The position numbers and the translations under genes were made by a program. A DNA stretch of 64,000 nucleotides from Tubulanus polymorphus. Its lineage: Eukaryota; Animalia; Nemertea. The notes beneath the pieces are model-generated. The model was given only the letters and a program-made list of their open reading frames with translations, searched no databases and had not been told where the DNA came from. The stretch covers positions 4,798,175 to 4,862,174 of the forward strand of contig NC_134032.1 of assembly GCF_964204645.1 (NCBI RefSeq). The letters are read 5' to 3'. How positions within the stretch are numbered: position 1 is the stretch's first letter; each line of letters opens with the position of its first letter. Below, one piece after another: positions 1 through 12,085 of this stretch.

Positions 1-869
1 GTGTAGAATTGTTTATGCGATGGTGGGGAACTTTAATCAACTGGCGTTAAAAATGACATAATAAAACCTAAGAATTATGTTTTTTTTTTACTCAAACTCA
101 ACTATGTAGAACTGGACCTAGTTTGTTATAGCAATGATTGGGAACTTAAACCAACGGACTATAAGCAAACTGGCTTCAAAAATGACATCATCAAACCTAA
201 GAATTATCATGGGTAGTGTCGAAACTGTCTACATTTTAGAAATATTTTCCGTCATTAAATGGTATTATCACAAATATGTTTTCGTATTCACGAATTAAAT
301 AACATTAGAAAATTACAGAAATTACATGGGAAAACAAGATTAGCATGAATTTAAGCAGATGGAAACCAGGAGATGCCGACGTTTTAATATTTATACAAAG
401 ATAAGGTAGGTGCTTTCACTTGTCTCATATCGATGCCGCCAAGTGATCGTGATAAGTGAGATCCCCTTCCTCGAGTATTGACTTCCCCGAACGTAATTTG
501 AATATCGTCATTAAACGCAGTCTCAAATGTTTTGTGACTTTCTCAAAATGTATCAAAAATTTAAGTAATTTTTAGTTCATAAGTCTTCAAATATTCATAA
601 ATGAACAGTTAAAAATTGTTGAAACATGTCGACTCAGCCGTAAAATCAACCCATTCACAGTCCCGAATGTGGGATAATGTCGGGCTTTAGAGAACATAAT
701 GCCCCCGAGGTCTTCACATTTACAGATAAGATTATGTAAGCGTGTCGCGCGTTACACCGGATAGGCACACAATAGAGATATGAGCCGCACGTTCATTGAT
801 CATCACCAATTAAGAGGACCGCTATTGTGAAAATTGACTTTGGGAGAAATATTCCTCCCAAGGTCAAAC

Positions 870-904
870 CAGGGAAGTGTGATGTGTCTCATCACACTTC
901 CCTG
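870..904. mobile_element. 35-bp mini-element made of the two fused TIR tips of the adjacent transposon
   Basis: CAGGGAAGTGTGATGTG-TCTCATCACACTTCCCTG, flanked by GTCAAAC at 863-869 and 905-911. Confidence 0.8.
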
Positions 905-1372
905 GTCAAACCAGGGAAGTGTGATGAGATGGAATACGGACGCTATTGTGCAGCTCTTGTCGAATGTGCGTTGTAATTGCCCTAAAGCCGATAACGGTTC
1001 GTCGGCGAGCGCTTTGTTACGTAACGCGCCGATAAGCGATAACCAGCGAGATCGGGAATCTCCGTAATAATTCAGTTGTTTCCGAATATCGGTTTTTCAT
1101 CCCATAATAAACTTATATAAAAATTCCTCTGTAAACTGGTTAAACTCAACACCTGATTTCCCCTCATCAATTTTAGTCGATCAACTTGTATTCACAATTG
1201 TCTTAAATTTAAGTGCCCCCTAGTTTGTCTCTTAACTGCTTCTCTTTAATCTGTTTTAGCGTGTAACTGTTTCTACGTTAATTTTCCTTTAGTTAGTATC
1301 ATCTCTGATTACTTGAATTAGTCTCTTTGTCTCTGGATTGTATATATCTCTCATAATTTCTGTAGTATTCAT

Positions 1373-1416
1373 TATTTCTGAAGATGACTATTAGGACATA
1401 GACGAAACGTTGAATA
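1373..1416 (+). ncRNA. Minimal type I hammerhead ribozyme of a Penelope-like element fragment
   Basis: TATTT-CTGAAGA-T-GACTAT/ATAGAC stem II-GAAA-CGTT-GAATA; same family as the 11.4-12.1 kb repeats. Confidence 0.7.
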
Positions 1417-1529
1417 AACTACTAACATTTTTGGACTTTTTCGTTATCATTGTGGGATTCTCTCTACATCGCTTCAGACGGATATAGTGTTTTATCAATC
1501 GTGATATCGGTTCTTTCCGCTGTATTAAA

Positions 1530-2160
1530 ATGGCAACGGTTGTCAACGAAATTATAAATGATGACGATTTTGACGATCTATTCTTTGATAGTGACGAATT
1601 GGTTCAGATCCATACGGAAATATTACGGGAATCCTCTGGATCAGGATCAACTAATTCGGCCGATTCTAGTGAGTGTTATTCCTTTTGAATCAATGAAATA
1701 TCGGAATAGTTTCCACCTAATTGCAGGCACTTTATTCTTTCCTTTTCTTTTTCATATAGGTACTTCTCAGGCTCAGCTGACCAGAGACTGCGATCTGAAC
1801 ACGAGAAAACACACATACAGGTATTTTTTACATTTATTTTTATAATCAATACAATCCTTTTAGGTTATAAAATAATAAACGAATACAGAAAATAATATAT
1901 AAACATAATATAAAAAATCCAGATAAGTACATGTTAAAATAATAATCATTATTATTATTTTCGCAGGAACACTATATATTTGGAAAAGGCTATGACTGAA
2001 ATGATTAACCATCGAGTATTTAAATTCAGTTCAAATGGAATGGCAGCAGTACATAATGGAAAATCGATCGATAAAATTTTGACTACAAATACGTCGCCGT
2101 CCAGACTTGGAATTAACCAGTGGTTTACAAAAATTCAAGATACATTATGTTCCGCCATTC
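1530..2160 (+). pseudogene. 5' part of a spliced transposon gene with an acidic N-terminus (function unknown)
   Basis: Exons 1530-1668, 1760-1820 and 1967 onward join in frame through GT-AG introns (MATVVNEIINDDDFDDLFFDSDE...) into ORF 1980..2459. The 3' limit is uncertain. Confidence 0.55.
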
Positions 2161-2428
2161 ACATAAGCACTGCGAAAGATTTGGATAAAATGTGGGCAAA
2201 GTTTCATGTTGTGATAGTCACAGGGACAGTTTTTTTAACGTTTTTGTTCTTACGCCATTTTTGTAATTTGACACGACACATATTACAGATATATATCGGG
2301 TACTGTTCAGTATCATCATCAAAATCAATGTTGAACAACTCCTTCACATGGCTTTTGAAATTATTTTTATCGATAGGACGACGATCCGGAGGTTTCGCAT
2401 TTTTTCCACACAATCGACAAAGATCCAT
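2155..2428 (-). pseudogene. Truncated protein with a Chapa / RAG1 central non-core-like zinc-binding domain
   Basis: LCRLCG...VKELFNIDFDDDTEQYPIYICNMC, then a frameshift to FYPNLSQCLC. Splice acceptor at 2431 and candidate donor at ~2807. Confidence 0.6.
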
Positions 2429-4384
2429 GACTAAAAACAAGAAAAGGTTAATTAAATGAGATTGCTGATGCTATTTAGGCAACTTGGTTTATATGGGGGA
2501 CAATAATTTGTAGGCCTAATGTAAGCGTTATTAAGTAACATTATTATGTAGTAAATACACATTTTAAAGATCATACTTCGTGTATATGTTTGTGTCGTAA
2601 CATAGCAACATGACGTCAGAAACGAAAGCTGCGCGAGTCTGGGCCGAAATATTTGACATCTTCAAGGCCCAAATAACGCTAAACCCGGAATCGGAACGAA
2701 CTGGCAAAAACATATGTTTAACACATAAAAACAGACTTTAATCACAATATAAATACTTAATGTTCCGATTCCGGGTTTCGGAGATATAGAAGAATAAAAA
2801 TACATACCTTTTTGGACAAATTTTACGAGAAATTGTTGAATTTCAACCGATTTTCTAAAGAAAAATATGTGTATACACAGCCACTTCCACGTGGTTCAAT
2901 AAACTGCAGTGCGCATGCGTAGTATCGATCGCAGAACATTTATCGGGCTAAAACTATTGCGGGTTGTTCTGCGACCGAATCAAAGTTGATGTTGACTGGT
3001 GTTCAGCTGGTAACACACACTCGATAAGCGTAGCTTACTGCTGTTGCGGTAACCTTTGATGTACGGGCTGAATTGAATAGCCTACATCCGGCAATTAAAA
3101 GCGTCCGTATTCCATCTCATCACACTTCCCTGGTCAAACGAAGAGAATTTGACCTGCAGTTCTGATATTCAAAGTATCGACTTCGGGAGGAATATTCCTC
3201 CGACTGTCAAACGAAGGAAAATGGACCTAGGTCTGATATTCGAAATATTTACTTTGGGATGAATATTCGTCCAAACCTCTAACGCTAAAAACCTGAGCTT
3301 TTAGAATGATAGGTCTACATAAATGATATTGATGTAATTGTTTTTAATAAATAGTATACTATAGCGACGAAACCAGACATATTTAGGCAATTTGATTGTT
3401 AATTATACACTGTATTTGAGGGTCTGCGACAAATAATTTAGAAAGTTAAATAGCTGTAGTACAGGTTCTAATAATGAGCCTAATATAGTCTTCACATCGC
3501 AATCAGTTGTTAGAATGCATCTTCCTTTTTCTTGTTTTGATCTGAGACGACTAGTTAAATTTTTTTCTTGATTGATTCACCCTGGGAGGTCTACATCAAA
3601 TTATATTGTTGATCAAATCAATTATGTTTCAACTGCGAATTCACATTTGATATTGATATTAATAATCAATATTACTCATCATTATATAGCGCACTGCTGC
3701 AAATTGTAACCAGTCTGCTTTTCATGGGTATAAAATTAACACAAGTTGAAGAAATCGAATTTGAAATACGTGGATAATAAAAAATAAGTTGAAGGTATGG
3801 CGGAGAGATCTGACGAAAAGAAACAACAAACGATATGGGCGCCAAATTGACCCATGCCTAATTGCCCAACCAAATAGTCCGACCAGACCTGAGTCAAATT
3901 AAGCCGAGTCAAATTAGAGCGTGTTAATTTAAACTGGTTCTGGAAGTCAGTCACTTCGTTTTGCTTAAGTATGGACTCGTTTTAGAGTCTCTTCAAGCAT
4001 TGTTTAGTATCGAATGAATGGGTTTGTATTTGAATGTGAAATAAATTTGAACATGAAAATCAGCGCGCTCTTTGGTAAGCCATGAAAACAATTAAAGTCG
4101 GACCCTGATTCGAGCCAATTTTGATTTATACCCTGTATAGGCCGGTTTATATTTCTGTTTGTACTCTTTCATAGAAATTCGACAGATATCAAATGGCATC
4201 TTTGATTACAGACACTGTTGACCGGTACACACCAATATGTCCATCCATCCGACATACGAGCAATTATCTCATTAATGAGATAATTGCTCGTAGATTCGAC
4301 AGCTACGTTTTACAACTAGAAGTGCATAAAATCAGATTCCTAATGATATTACATGTATTACTATTAAGAATAAGCTATTAATTA

Positions 4385-6040
4385 TGATTAAATTCAAAAA
4401 GAATTGAGAAAATATCTTGCTTTGCATGGCTTTTAATTAAATATTGGAAAGGGCGATTTTGAAGGGGGAATATCTGCGGTGTCACTGCTAATCGAGTAAT
4501 CAAGAAGCGTTTAAAGCAGATCTTAAGATCGTGTTTTAAGCAGATCTTTTCCGATTGTGATCCCAATATATGAATTGCACATGGAACTATTATGTATAAA
4601 CACCTCTCACAATTTACGTAATGACTGAGTGGCGTCCTTTTGCACAAGCTATATTACACCATGATAAAAAGCCTTTTATAGTTTAGAGTTGGATTTCTCG
4701 ATGTATAAATGCAAGGAGGGTCAGAAGCTTTATGCTCAATAACATTAGGTTCCTATAAATGTTTGCTATGGATTTCAAAATAAAAGAAAAATCTACGTTT
4801 AAATGAGATATCTGTTTCATTACTCGTGATATATCGAGGAATCTCTGCAATAAAATTTGACGATTTCAAAATTATTACAAAATGAGCAAACTTTGTGATA
4901 TCTGCTAACAGTATAAATTCAAGCGTATATGCGGATTTGCGTGATATGTAATAAATATCGTAGCGAATAATCAAAGTGAGAAAAGTATCTGCCGTAGCTA
5001 GAGATGATAATGAGTCCCATATCCAGAATATCTGAACCAAAATATCTCCCTCAAAAAAACCTTCAACCATTCAAAAAAAACATAGGAATATGGTTGTAGG
5101 TAAAAATCTCCCTGGTAAAAATCCCCTAGGTAAATATCCCCTGTGTAAAAAACCCAAAATATTCAAAGTAGGTAAAAATCCCCACTCGGTGATTTTCAAA
5201 GACATTTCAAAGCAAAATGTTTCTCCAATTTTATTAATTTGCTATGAGACTGAAATATGTTAGAACTGTGCAATGAAATCTTTCGTTGCGATAAATTCTT
5301 AAGTAAAACTCTTAGCATAAAATAAATTGTTAGAATTGATAAGAATAATACATCTTTATTTGTAATATCTAAAGATTCGAACAGGAGTATTTTTGAACTG
5401 CGGACTCTCGTTAACTGTGGTATATTTCAGCTGTGCGATGCCAAAAATTATTAGAAATAATGTTCTTTTGATTTGAAATATTTTAGATTCAAGCTAGTGT
5501 AATATATTTGAAATGTGCGATGAACCCTTTCATTAAGCTGTGCGATCACTTTATTTACCAATTTAGTAGTAATGAACAAGTTAACATGTTAATTTTGTAG
5601 TATGTTTTAATTCAAATAGTATATACTATAGTTTGTATACTCATGATATCAGTATGGTGTTTCACAGTAAAATATGAATAAATTGGATATATGTATCAAT
5701 AATATGAATTAATTGACCTTAAGATTGTATCTACAATCCATTCAAAAGGAGGGGGATTTCTACCTACACTTAAGAATCGGGGATTGTTACCTAGGGTATT
5801 TTTTACCCAGATGATTTTTGCCGCTAACCATAGATGTAGTTTGTAATTTTGAATAATGGTCTTGGCAATGCACTAATTATGAACAATTTACTCTGCTTTG
5901 TTGAATTAACTACTTGTAATCAATTCACTAGAGAACTATGGTGGATCCTAACAATGAGTCTGGCCTGCTATTCTAAACTCTTTCCGAAAATTATATTGCT
6001 AAGATATTCCTAGTCTTCATCATTTAGTATGAACTATAGA
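4385..6040 (+). repeat. Composite repeat (includes a GGTAAAAATCCCC-repeat MITE, ~5093-5830) with an inverted second copy at 15715-16974 plus 34053-34531
   Basis: Many colinear reverse-complement matches, e.g. 4681-4755 vs 34190-34260 and 5921-6040 vs 15720-15855. Confidence 0.8.
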
Positions 6041-9000
6041 TGTTGGGCCTGGATATGTTTCGGATTTATTAAATGGTATCATGGGCGTGGAATGTTTGGG
6101 CGGAGGTATTATGCTCCAGTTTCACGCGTAAAACAAAAAAAAAATATATATCCATACATAGGTCATTGCATTATAGAAATTAAACTGTTGACAAGTTGTA
6201 ATACATCTCTATAGATGAAACAATTTTAAAGAAAATGCATTATGTTTGTAGTTTCTATTCAACTACTATTGACTGTGCGCCTCCAGCTCAATCAACTCGT
6301 CACCTCCATGATTTCTATCACACATCATCAGCTGCCATTGAAATATTTGATTAGGCAGTCCTATCAAAAGTAGCGTAAATTGATACATGCGAATAATTGA
6401 TGTTTCCAAAGGGTTTTTGTAACTGGCTCGTTTACATGGGAATGGTCGAAATTCCCCGTTAAGAATCCCCCGAGAAATCCCATTGAAGAGGTTATGATTT
6501 GCTGCTGTTGGCCTGTTTTTTCGTTCGTATTGCAAAATTTAGTCCAAACTTACTGGAATCGTTTTAAATTGATTTCTGTGAAAATGTTCAATTTTTCCCC
6601 ACATGTCAACAAGTGCCTTTCAAATCAGGATAGATTCCGATTGCGAAATAATGATTGTAGCAATTTTTTTAGTATTATTTATCTATGGTTTGATACGTCA
6701 AGATTTCAGTAAAAAGGGCAACTTTATCGTTTATGTTAGCGAAGCTTGGTATACAAGCAGGCTGACAATAACAAGCCACTGAATTTTATGGGGTTAGTCT
6801 TTGTATAGGTCTTTATCTATAGAAAGTCAGTGATTAAGCCCTAAGTAAATATTGCTCAATTAAAGAGAATTCATTATGATGAGCAATGTACTAGCGATGA
6901 CAGGCCTATGAGGCACCCGTAAATCAAAAATATATTTCGCTGTGCGATGCGAAAATTATTGAAAATAATAAAACTTTTAATTTGAAATCGCTTAAATCAA
7001 AGCTAGTGTAATATATTTGAACTTCCTAGCGATATATTTGTCCTGTGCGATAACTTTTAGTATTAATTTAGTATTAATGAAGTATATCAATCTTTGGGTG
7101 AACGGAAAAAAATGGCCTAGGGAAAAATTGCCGCTAAATGAATATTAGAATTCGCTCCTTTTGTAATAACTTTGAATTGTCAAATTCAACTGGACATTGG
7201 TGTATGCTGAATATCACGAACAACGAAACATTTATCCTTAAAAACGTTGATTTTCTTTTTCATCTTTCTTTATTTCAATAATAATCAATCGATTTTTAAG
7301 TCGAATTAATTACCAGGATAGCGAGTATATGTGTATGTGCTTTTAAGTCAACTAGTTTCCGAACCCATGGTATGTCAATCAAGACAGATCTTCGTCTAGA
7401 AAAAGTAAGATGCATTCTATCGTGGACTCTAAAACGATTGATTCGTTTTAGAGTCCATGATTCTATCCACTAATTTCATCGTAAGGACTATATAAGGCTA
7501 CATGAGTCAATACGAAAGCATGTATACCGCAGGTCACTTAATCTTAAGCTTGATTGTGAGAGTTGTTTAAACACAATGGTCACATGAGTAATTATTGGTT
7601 GTGCGACAATGGGAGAAATCTGCCTTAGACATCTCATCCCGATATCCGGAGTCCTGGGCTTAGTAACTTATGTTTAGAATAAATTTTATCCGATATTTTT
7701 ATAACAATGTTTTTCTCTCTCTCTCCGTAAATTCCGGACGTTTTCTGGGTGCTAACGTTCAGTGGCCAGTAGGCTGGATTGTATTTTCTCTTATTTCAAA
7801 AATCACAATGCATATAAACTAAAACTGAACTGAATTGAAACTGAGTTCGGTTAGCAGTATAAACCTCCTAATTAACTTTCGGAATTATATATAAAAGAGT
7901 GAAGAGTGAAACATCAACCCTTATACCGAATACACTTGTATAAATGAGAAAATGCACACTAGGACAATGGCTAATTTGCGACCTTAAAATGAAAGAAAGA
8001 CTCGAATTTCTTTTATCACACGCGACACGCGAATCTCCTAATTACTCTAATAATGAGAGAAAACTTCAGACGAATTAAATGTACCAGCTTTATAATTGAA
8101 TGATGATTATGTACGCGTAACTTCAATGATTTGTATTGATCGGTAAATGAAATTTCCATTTAAAGAATGCATTTATCAAATTACGTCCATTGAAAAAGAA
8201 ATTAGCTAAACTCGAGCCATATTGCTATTTAGATTTATCGCAGTTGTCTTGTGAAAATTTATAACCAATCTTTATATAGTCCCCTGTAAAATCTAAACTC
8301 AATTTCTATATTATACACGTGATTTAATTACGATTTCTCAACTTCGTGTTTATTCTATAATGAGAAGCGCACTGATAAAATCTGATTTCAACAGATTGTC
8401 GAAAAAGTTACAGCAATTTACTGTTAGAGAAATAAAATACTAAATCTATTAAGTTTTCTAAAATTATATGTAAGTGTCATACCATCTCATGCTCTAGGAT
8501 ATTGTGTATCGTAACATTTGAAATTCCTAAATCTACCTGGCTTCATTGGGTACTATAACACCCAACGCACCAATACCTATAATTCAAAAAGTTCAGGTTA
8601 TAACGTTTAGAATATTCCTCCCTAAGTCAATACTTTGAATATAAGACCAGAAGGTAAAATTCTCTTCGTTGGACTTTTGGAGGAATCGTTTGAATATCGG
8701 ACCCCTTGGTCGAGTTTCCATCGATTGACATTGGGAGGAATGTTCCTCCCGAAGTCGATACTTTGAATATCAGAACTGAAGGTCAAATTCTCTTCGTTTG
8801 ACCTTGGGAGGAATATTCCTCCCAAAGTCAATTGTTTGAATATCAGACCCCTTGGTCAAGTTTCAATCGATTGACTTTGGGAGGAATATTCCTCTCGCAG
8901 TCAATTTTCACATTAGCGGTCCTCTTAATTGGTGATGATCAAATGAACGCGCAGCTCATGTTTCTATTGTGTGCCTATCCGGTGTAACGCGCGACACGCT

Positions 9001-9629
9001 TACATAATCTTATCTGTAAATGTGAAGACCTCGGGGGTATTATGTTCTCTAAAGCCCGACATTATCCCACATTCGGGACTGTGAATGGGTTGATTTTACG
9101 GCTGAGTCGACATGTTTCAACAATTTTTAACTGTTCATTTATGAATATTTGAAGACTTATGAACTAAAAATTACTTAAATTTTTGATACATTTTGAGAAA
9201 GTCACAAAACATTTGAGACTGCGTTCTTAGTACTGACTGAGATGATGAGCTAGACATGGTGTTTTTGGGGCTCGTCATCTATCGGAATTTTGCTGAACTA
9301 CGAGAATTTTCTACTGTCGATAAGGGTAAAGTTTTACAATGTTTACAATTACGATTACGATTACGATTTTATTTACACTTCAACCATTCCATTGTATATG
9401 GAGGAAAAGTATTACACGTGTATATACAAACATTTACAAAACAACACTTAATAAAAGAAAAACGTAACAGAATATATATACATTAACTATTTACAATATA
9501 CAGATAAACAAGTGGAGGGATCTCTATACATCTAAGCTGGTTTTAATGAATTTAGCAAATTGGATCGTTTGGTTTTTCAAAATATCAAGGGGATCAAAGG
9601 TATTCAAATACTTTACTTGGAAAGAATGG

Positions 9630-10574
9630 TTATTTGACTGAATTCCTGCAGCAAATTTTCATACAGAAATATTCGCGAATTTCTTGTCCCAGTAAAAGAT
9701 ATATGTAGAAATTTACGGCATAGTTTAAAACGTGGAACTGAGTGAAAATGTCAAATAGAAAATCTCTCGGTGACGTTGACAACAATGCCACAATAGTGGT
9801 TGGAAGAGTTAATACTGCAAATGCGAGTGAAACTGTTACAAGCATTATTGATGTACGTTTTGATTTTGTAGTTTTCTGATCGGACGAAACCATTTTCGAA
9901 CCTCTGAATAACTGAACTATTATAACAGAATTTGATGCCAGAATCAGGGATAAAGGTAGAACGTTACAATGGATAACAATTACGGCGAATATTGTTACTT
10001 GTTCCGATAATTCCCAGTAACACCCAAAACTATGATCGGAAACGTGTACCGACAAAATAGGAGTGAGGGATGGAACTAATGCATTTAGTGCAGTAATTAT
10101 CAATATAACAAATCTAGCGAATTTCGGTGTACATATCAAACGAGATGTGAACGGGAAGAGCACAACTGCCGCACGTTCTAGAGATATCGCTACTATTAAC
10201 CACGAACTATTGCCGCCGGCAAATGCCATTACAAATTCATAGATTTGACAACTGACCAGTGAATTCATCATGAGAATAGGACTGCCTTTAACGTGAAAGA
10301 AAACGAACTGTAAAACTGGCATCAGTGTATAATTGATACAGTATATGGAGTCACTTGCAGACAAAACGATCAAATAGTTTGCGTATGATAAACTGCGGAA
10401 TCTGCGACTTATCATAATGAGGGAAGTAGCCGAATTTCCAAACGCCCCAAACAAAAACACGACAGGCAAAAAGACCAGCGACACAGTGCGGTAAATTCCA
10501 GATCTGCTCACCACTGACATGATGACAACATGACTGTTGTAAGTTCTGCCGATTTGCATTTGAGAAGAATTCAT
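9630..10574 (-). CDS. Class A (rhodopsin-like) GPCR, FMRFamide/peptide-receptor-like, single exon
   Basis: 314-aa ORF with 7 hydrophobic segments: GN in TM1, LSASD in TM2, SLER at the DRY position, TLP in TM6, NFYIY in TM7. Confidence 0.88.
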   Translation of the reverse strand: MNSSQMQIGRTYNSHVVIMSVVSRSGIYRTVSLVFLPVVFLFGAFGNSATSLIMISRRFRSLSYANYLIVLSASDSIYCINYTLMPVLQFVFFHVKGSPILMMNSLVSCQIYEFVMAFAGGNSSWLIVAISLERAAVVLFPFTSRLICTPKFARFVILIITALNALVPSLTPILSVHVSDHSFGCYWELSEQVTIFAVIVIHCNVLPLSLILASNSVIIVQLFRGSKMVSSDQKTTKSKRTSIMLVTVSLAFAVLTLPTTIVALLSTSPRDFLFDIFTQFHVLNYAVNFYIYLLLGQEIREYFCMKICCRNSVK

Positions 10575-10589
10575 GATTCATGCAGTCTA

Positions 10590-10752
10590 TGAGTGTATAG
10601 TGACTGTCTGAGAGTTTGTTGACTGCTGTCTTGGAGTGGACTGACCGTCTGTGAGTGTACTGACTGTCTGAGAGTGTACTGACCGTCCTTGAGTGCGTTT
10701 ACTGATGTCTGTGAGTATTGTGAGTGACTGAGAATGATCTGGAACTGACCGT
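10590..10752. repeat. Degenerate ~20-bp minisatellite immediately upstream of the GPCR
   Basis: Repeated ACTGAC(C/T)GTCTG(T/A)GAGTGT units. Confidence 0.8.
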
Positions 10753-11447
10753 GTCTCCTCGCACATGAGAGAATTGATTTGACTAATGATATCATTAAGT
10801 CTGTATGTAACAGCTACAAATCGTTTGTAAAATGTATTGTGAACAGCAAATAGACACAAATTCTCAGAAATCTTACACAATTCATTCAGATAATGTGAAA
10901 GTCTAATATTGTGTAACATACGTAATGTAACTGTATTGAATATGAATATTGTATGAATACCGTTGTACAAGAATTCATTGTAATGGTGAAATATGTTATA
11001 GCTAAACATCTGAACAGTTCTTGAAACTCAGTGTCTTCTAAATACCTCCATCGGGGACCTGTTATAACAATAATATATGATATTTATGCGAATTATATAT
11101 AGTCAGTGCTAAATCCAACTAAATATAAGCTATGCTGGGTTTGCAACTAGTTGTAGAATTTCGCATTGCCCGATACTCTTTCGGATTAATCATAATATCT
11201 AAGCTTAAAAGCATCGAACTTTGAATTCACATATATCAGCGATGGGATGCAATAATCTGAAAATTTTATATTTTCCATCTTCCACTTTTCTCAGATTTCT
11301 ACGCACAAAAAGACAAGGATATTTCATATTTGTCTATACCTAAAACATAATTTATTCACAGAGAATGAATATTACAGTGATCTGACGAAAGATGAAAACC
11401 GTCTAGTTTCCTGATAGCTAACAATTCATTCGAATTGACAATTCGAA

Positions 11448-12085
11448 GTTCGACTATATTCTAATAGTCAATTTCAGGAAGACAGATATTGCCCTCATTA
11501 TAACCAATGATTAACACTGTGTTGTAAAAGATGATATTAATTCCCTGCACACTAAGAATAAAAAGAGTCTGAAATGTACCCTTGAACTAGTGTATTTTAT
11601 TCAACGTTTCGACTATATCCTAATAGTCATCGTCAGGAATTTCCTGACGATGACTATTAGGATATAGTCCCGAATACTGAGTTAACAAAATGATGTGACA
11701 TTTATATACGCCAGCAAGAACAGAGAGACAAATAAAGTAATTTATTAAGAGTGACGGCACAATTCTTGATGGCTTGTCTGAATATCAACATTTTGTTTAT
11801 TATTCATCGTCGCAACACGGAATATTGTTTCTTTAATGGTTCTAATAGTCATCTTCAGGAATACTGATGTTGTCATCATTATAACCTTGATGAAACACTC
11901 TGAGTGCGTGTTGTAAAGATAATATAAAATCCCTGCACACTAAGAATAAAAAAGTATGAAATGTTTCCTTGAGCTAGTGTTGTTTTTTCAACGTTTCGAC
12001 TATTGAATTGTCATCTTCAAGAATACCGATGTACTCATTATAACCATTGATGAAACGCTCTAAGTCCGTGTTGTAAAGATATAAT
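11448..12085 (-). repeat. Tandem Penelope-like pseudo-LTR repeats (~150-230 bp spacing) bearing hammerhead motifs
   Basis: Recurrent CAACGTTTCGACTAT...AATAGTCATC(T/G)TCAGGAATA units at ~11450, 11600, 11840 and 11990, with shared CCCTGCACACTAAGAATAAAA. Confidence 0.7.
11599..11640 (-). ncRNA. Minimal hammerhead ribozyme
   Basis: The reverse complement reads ATTC-CTGACGA-T-GACTAT-TAGGAT-ATAGTC-GAAA-CGTT-GAAT: intact core, 6-bp stem II, stem I ATTC/GAAT. Confidence 0.75.

Larger units (their letters stand above)
912..3132. mobile_element. Internally deleted TIR DNA transposon (33-bp TIR; 7-bp TSD GTCAAAC, alternatively 5-bp TCAAA)
   Basis: CAGGGAAGTGTGATGAGATGGAATACGGACGCT at 912 and its perfect reverse complement ending at 3132. 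The TSD follows at 3133-3139. The empty site is visible in the host element's other arm (8790-8830). Confidence 0.9.
514..9225. mobile_element. Foldback-like non-autonomous DNA element with long terminal inverted repeats
   Basis: 514-~860 (AACGCAGTCTCAAATG...) is the reverse complement of ~8880-9225 (...CATTTGAGACTGCGTT). Subterminal palindromic units GACTTTGGGAGGAATATTCCTCCCAAAGTC recur at 836-869, 3140-3280 and 8600-8905. No clear TSD. Confidence 0.8.

Noticed and set aside
912-3132. Bona fide RAG (ProtoRAG/RAGL) transposon
   Set aside because: No CAC heptamer/nonamer RSS-like ends, and no RAG1 core or RAG2 kelch sequence visible
8600-8905. Regularly spaced palindromic repeats resembling a CRISPR array
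   Set aside because: The spacers are related to each other, the array is mirrored at the element's other end, there are no cas genes, and the context is eukaryotic
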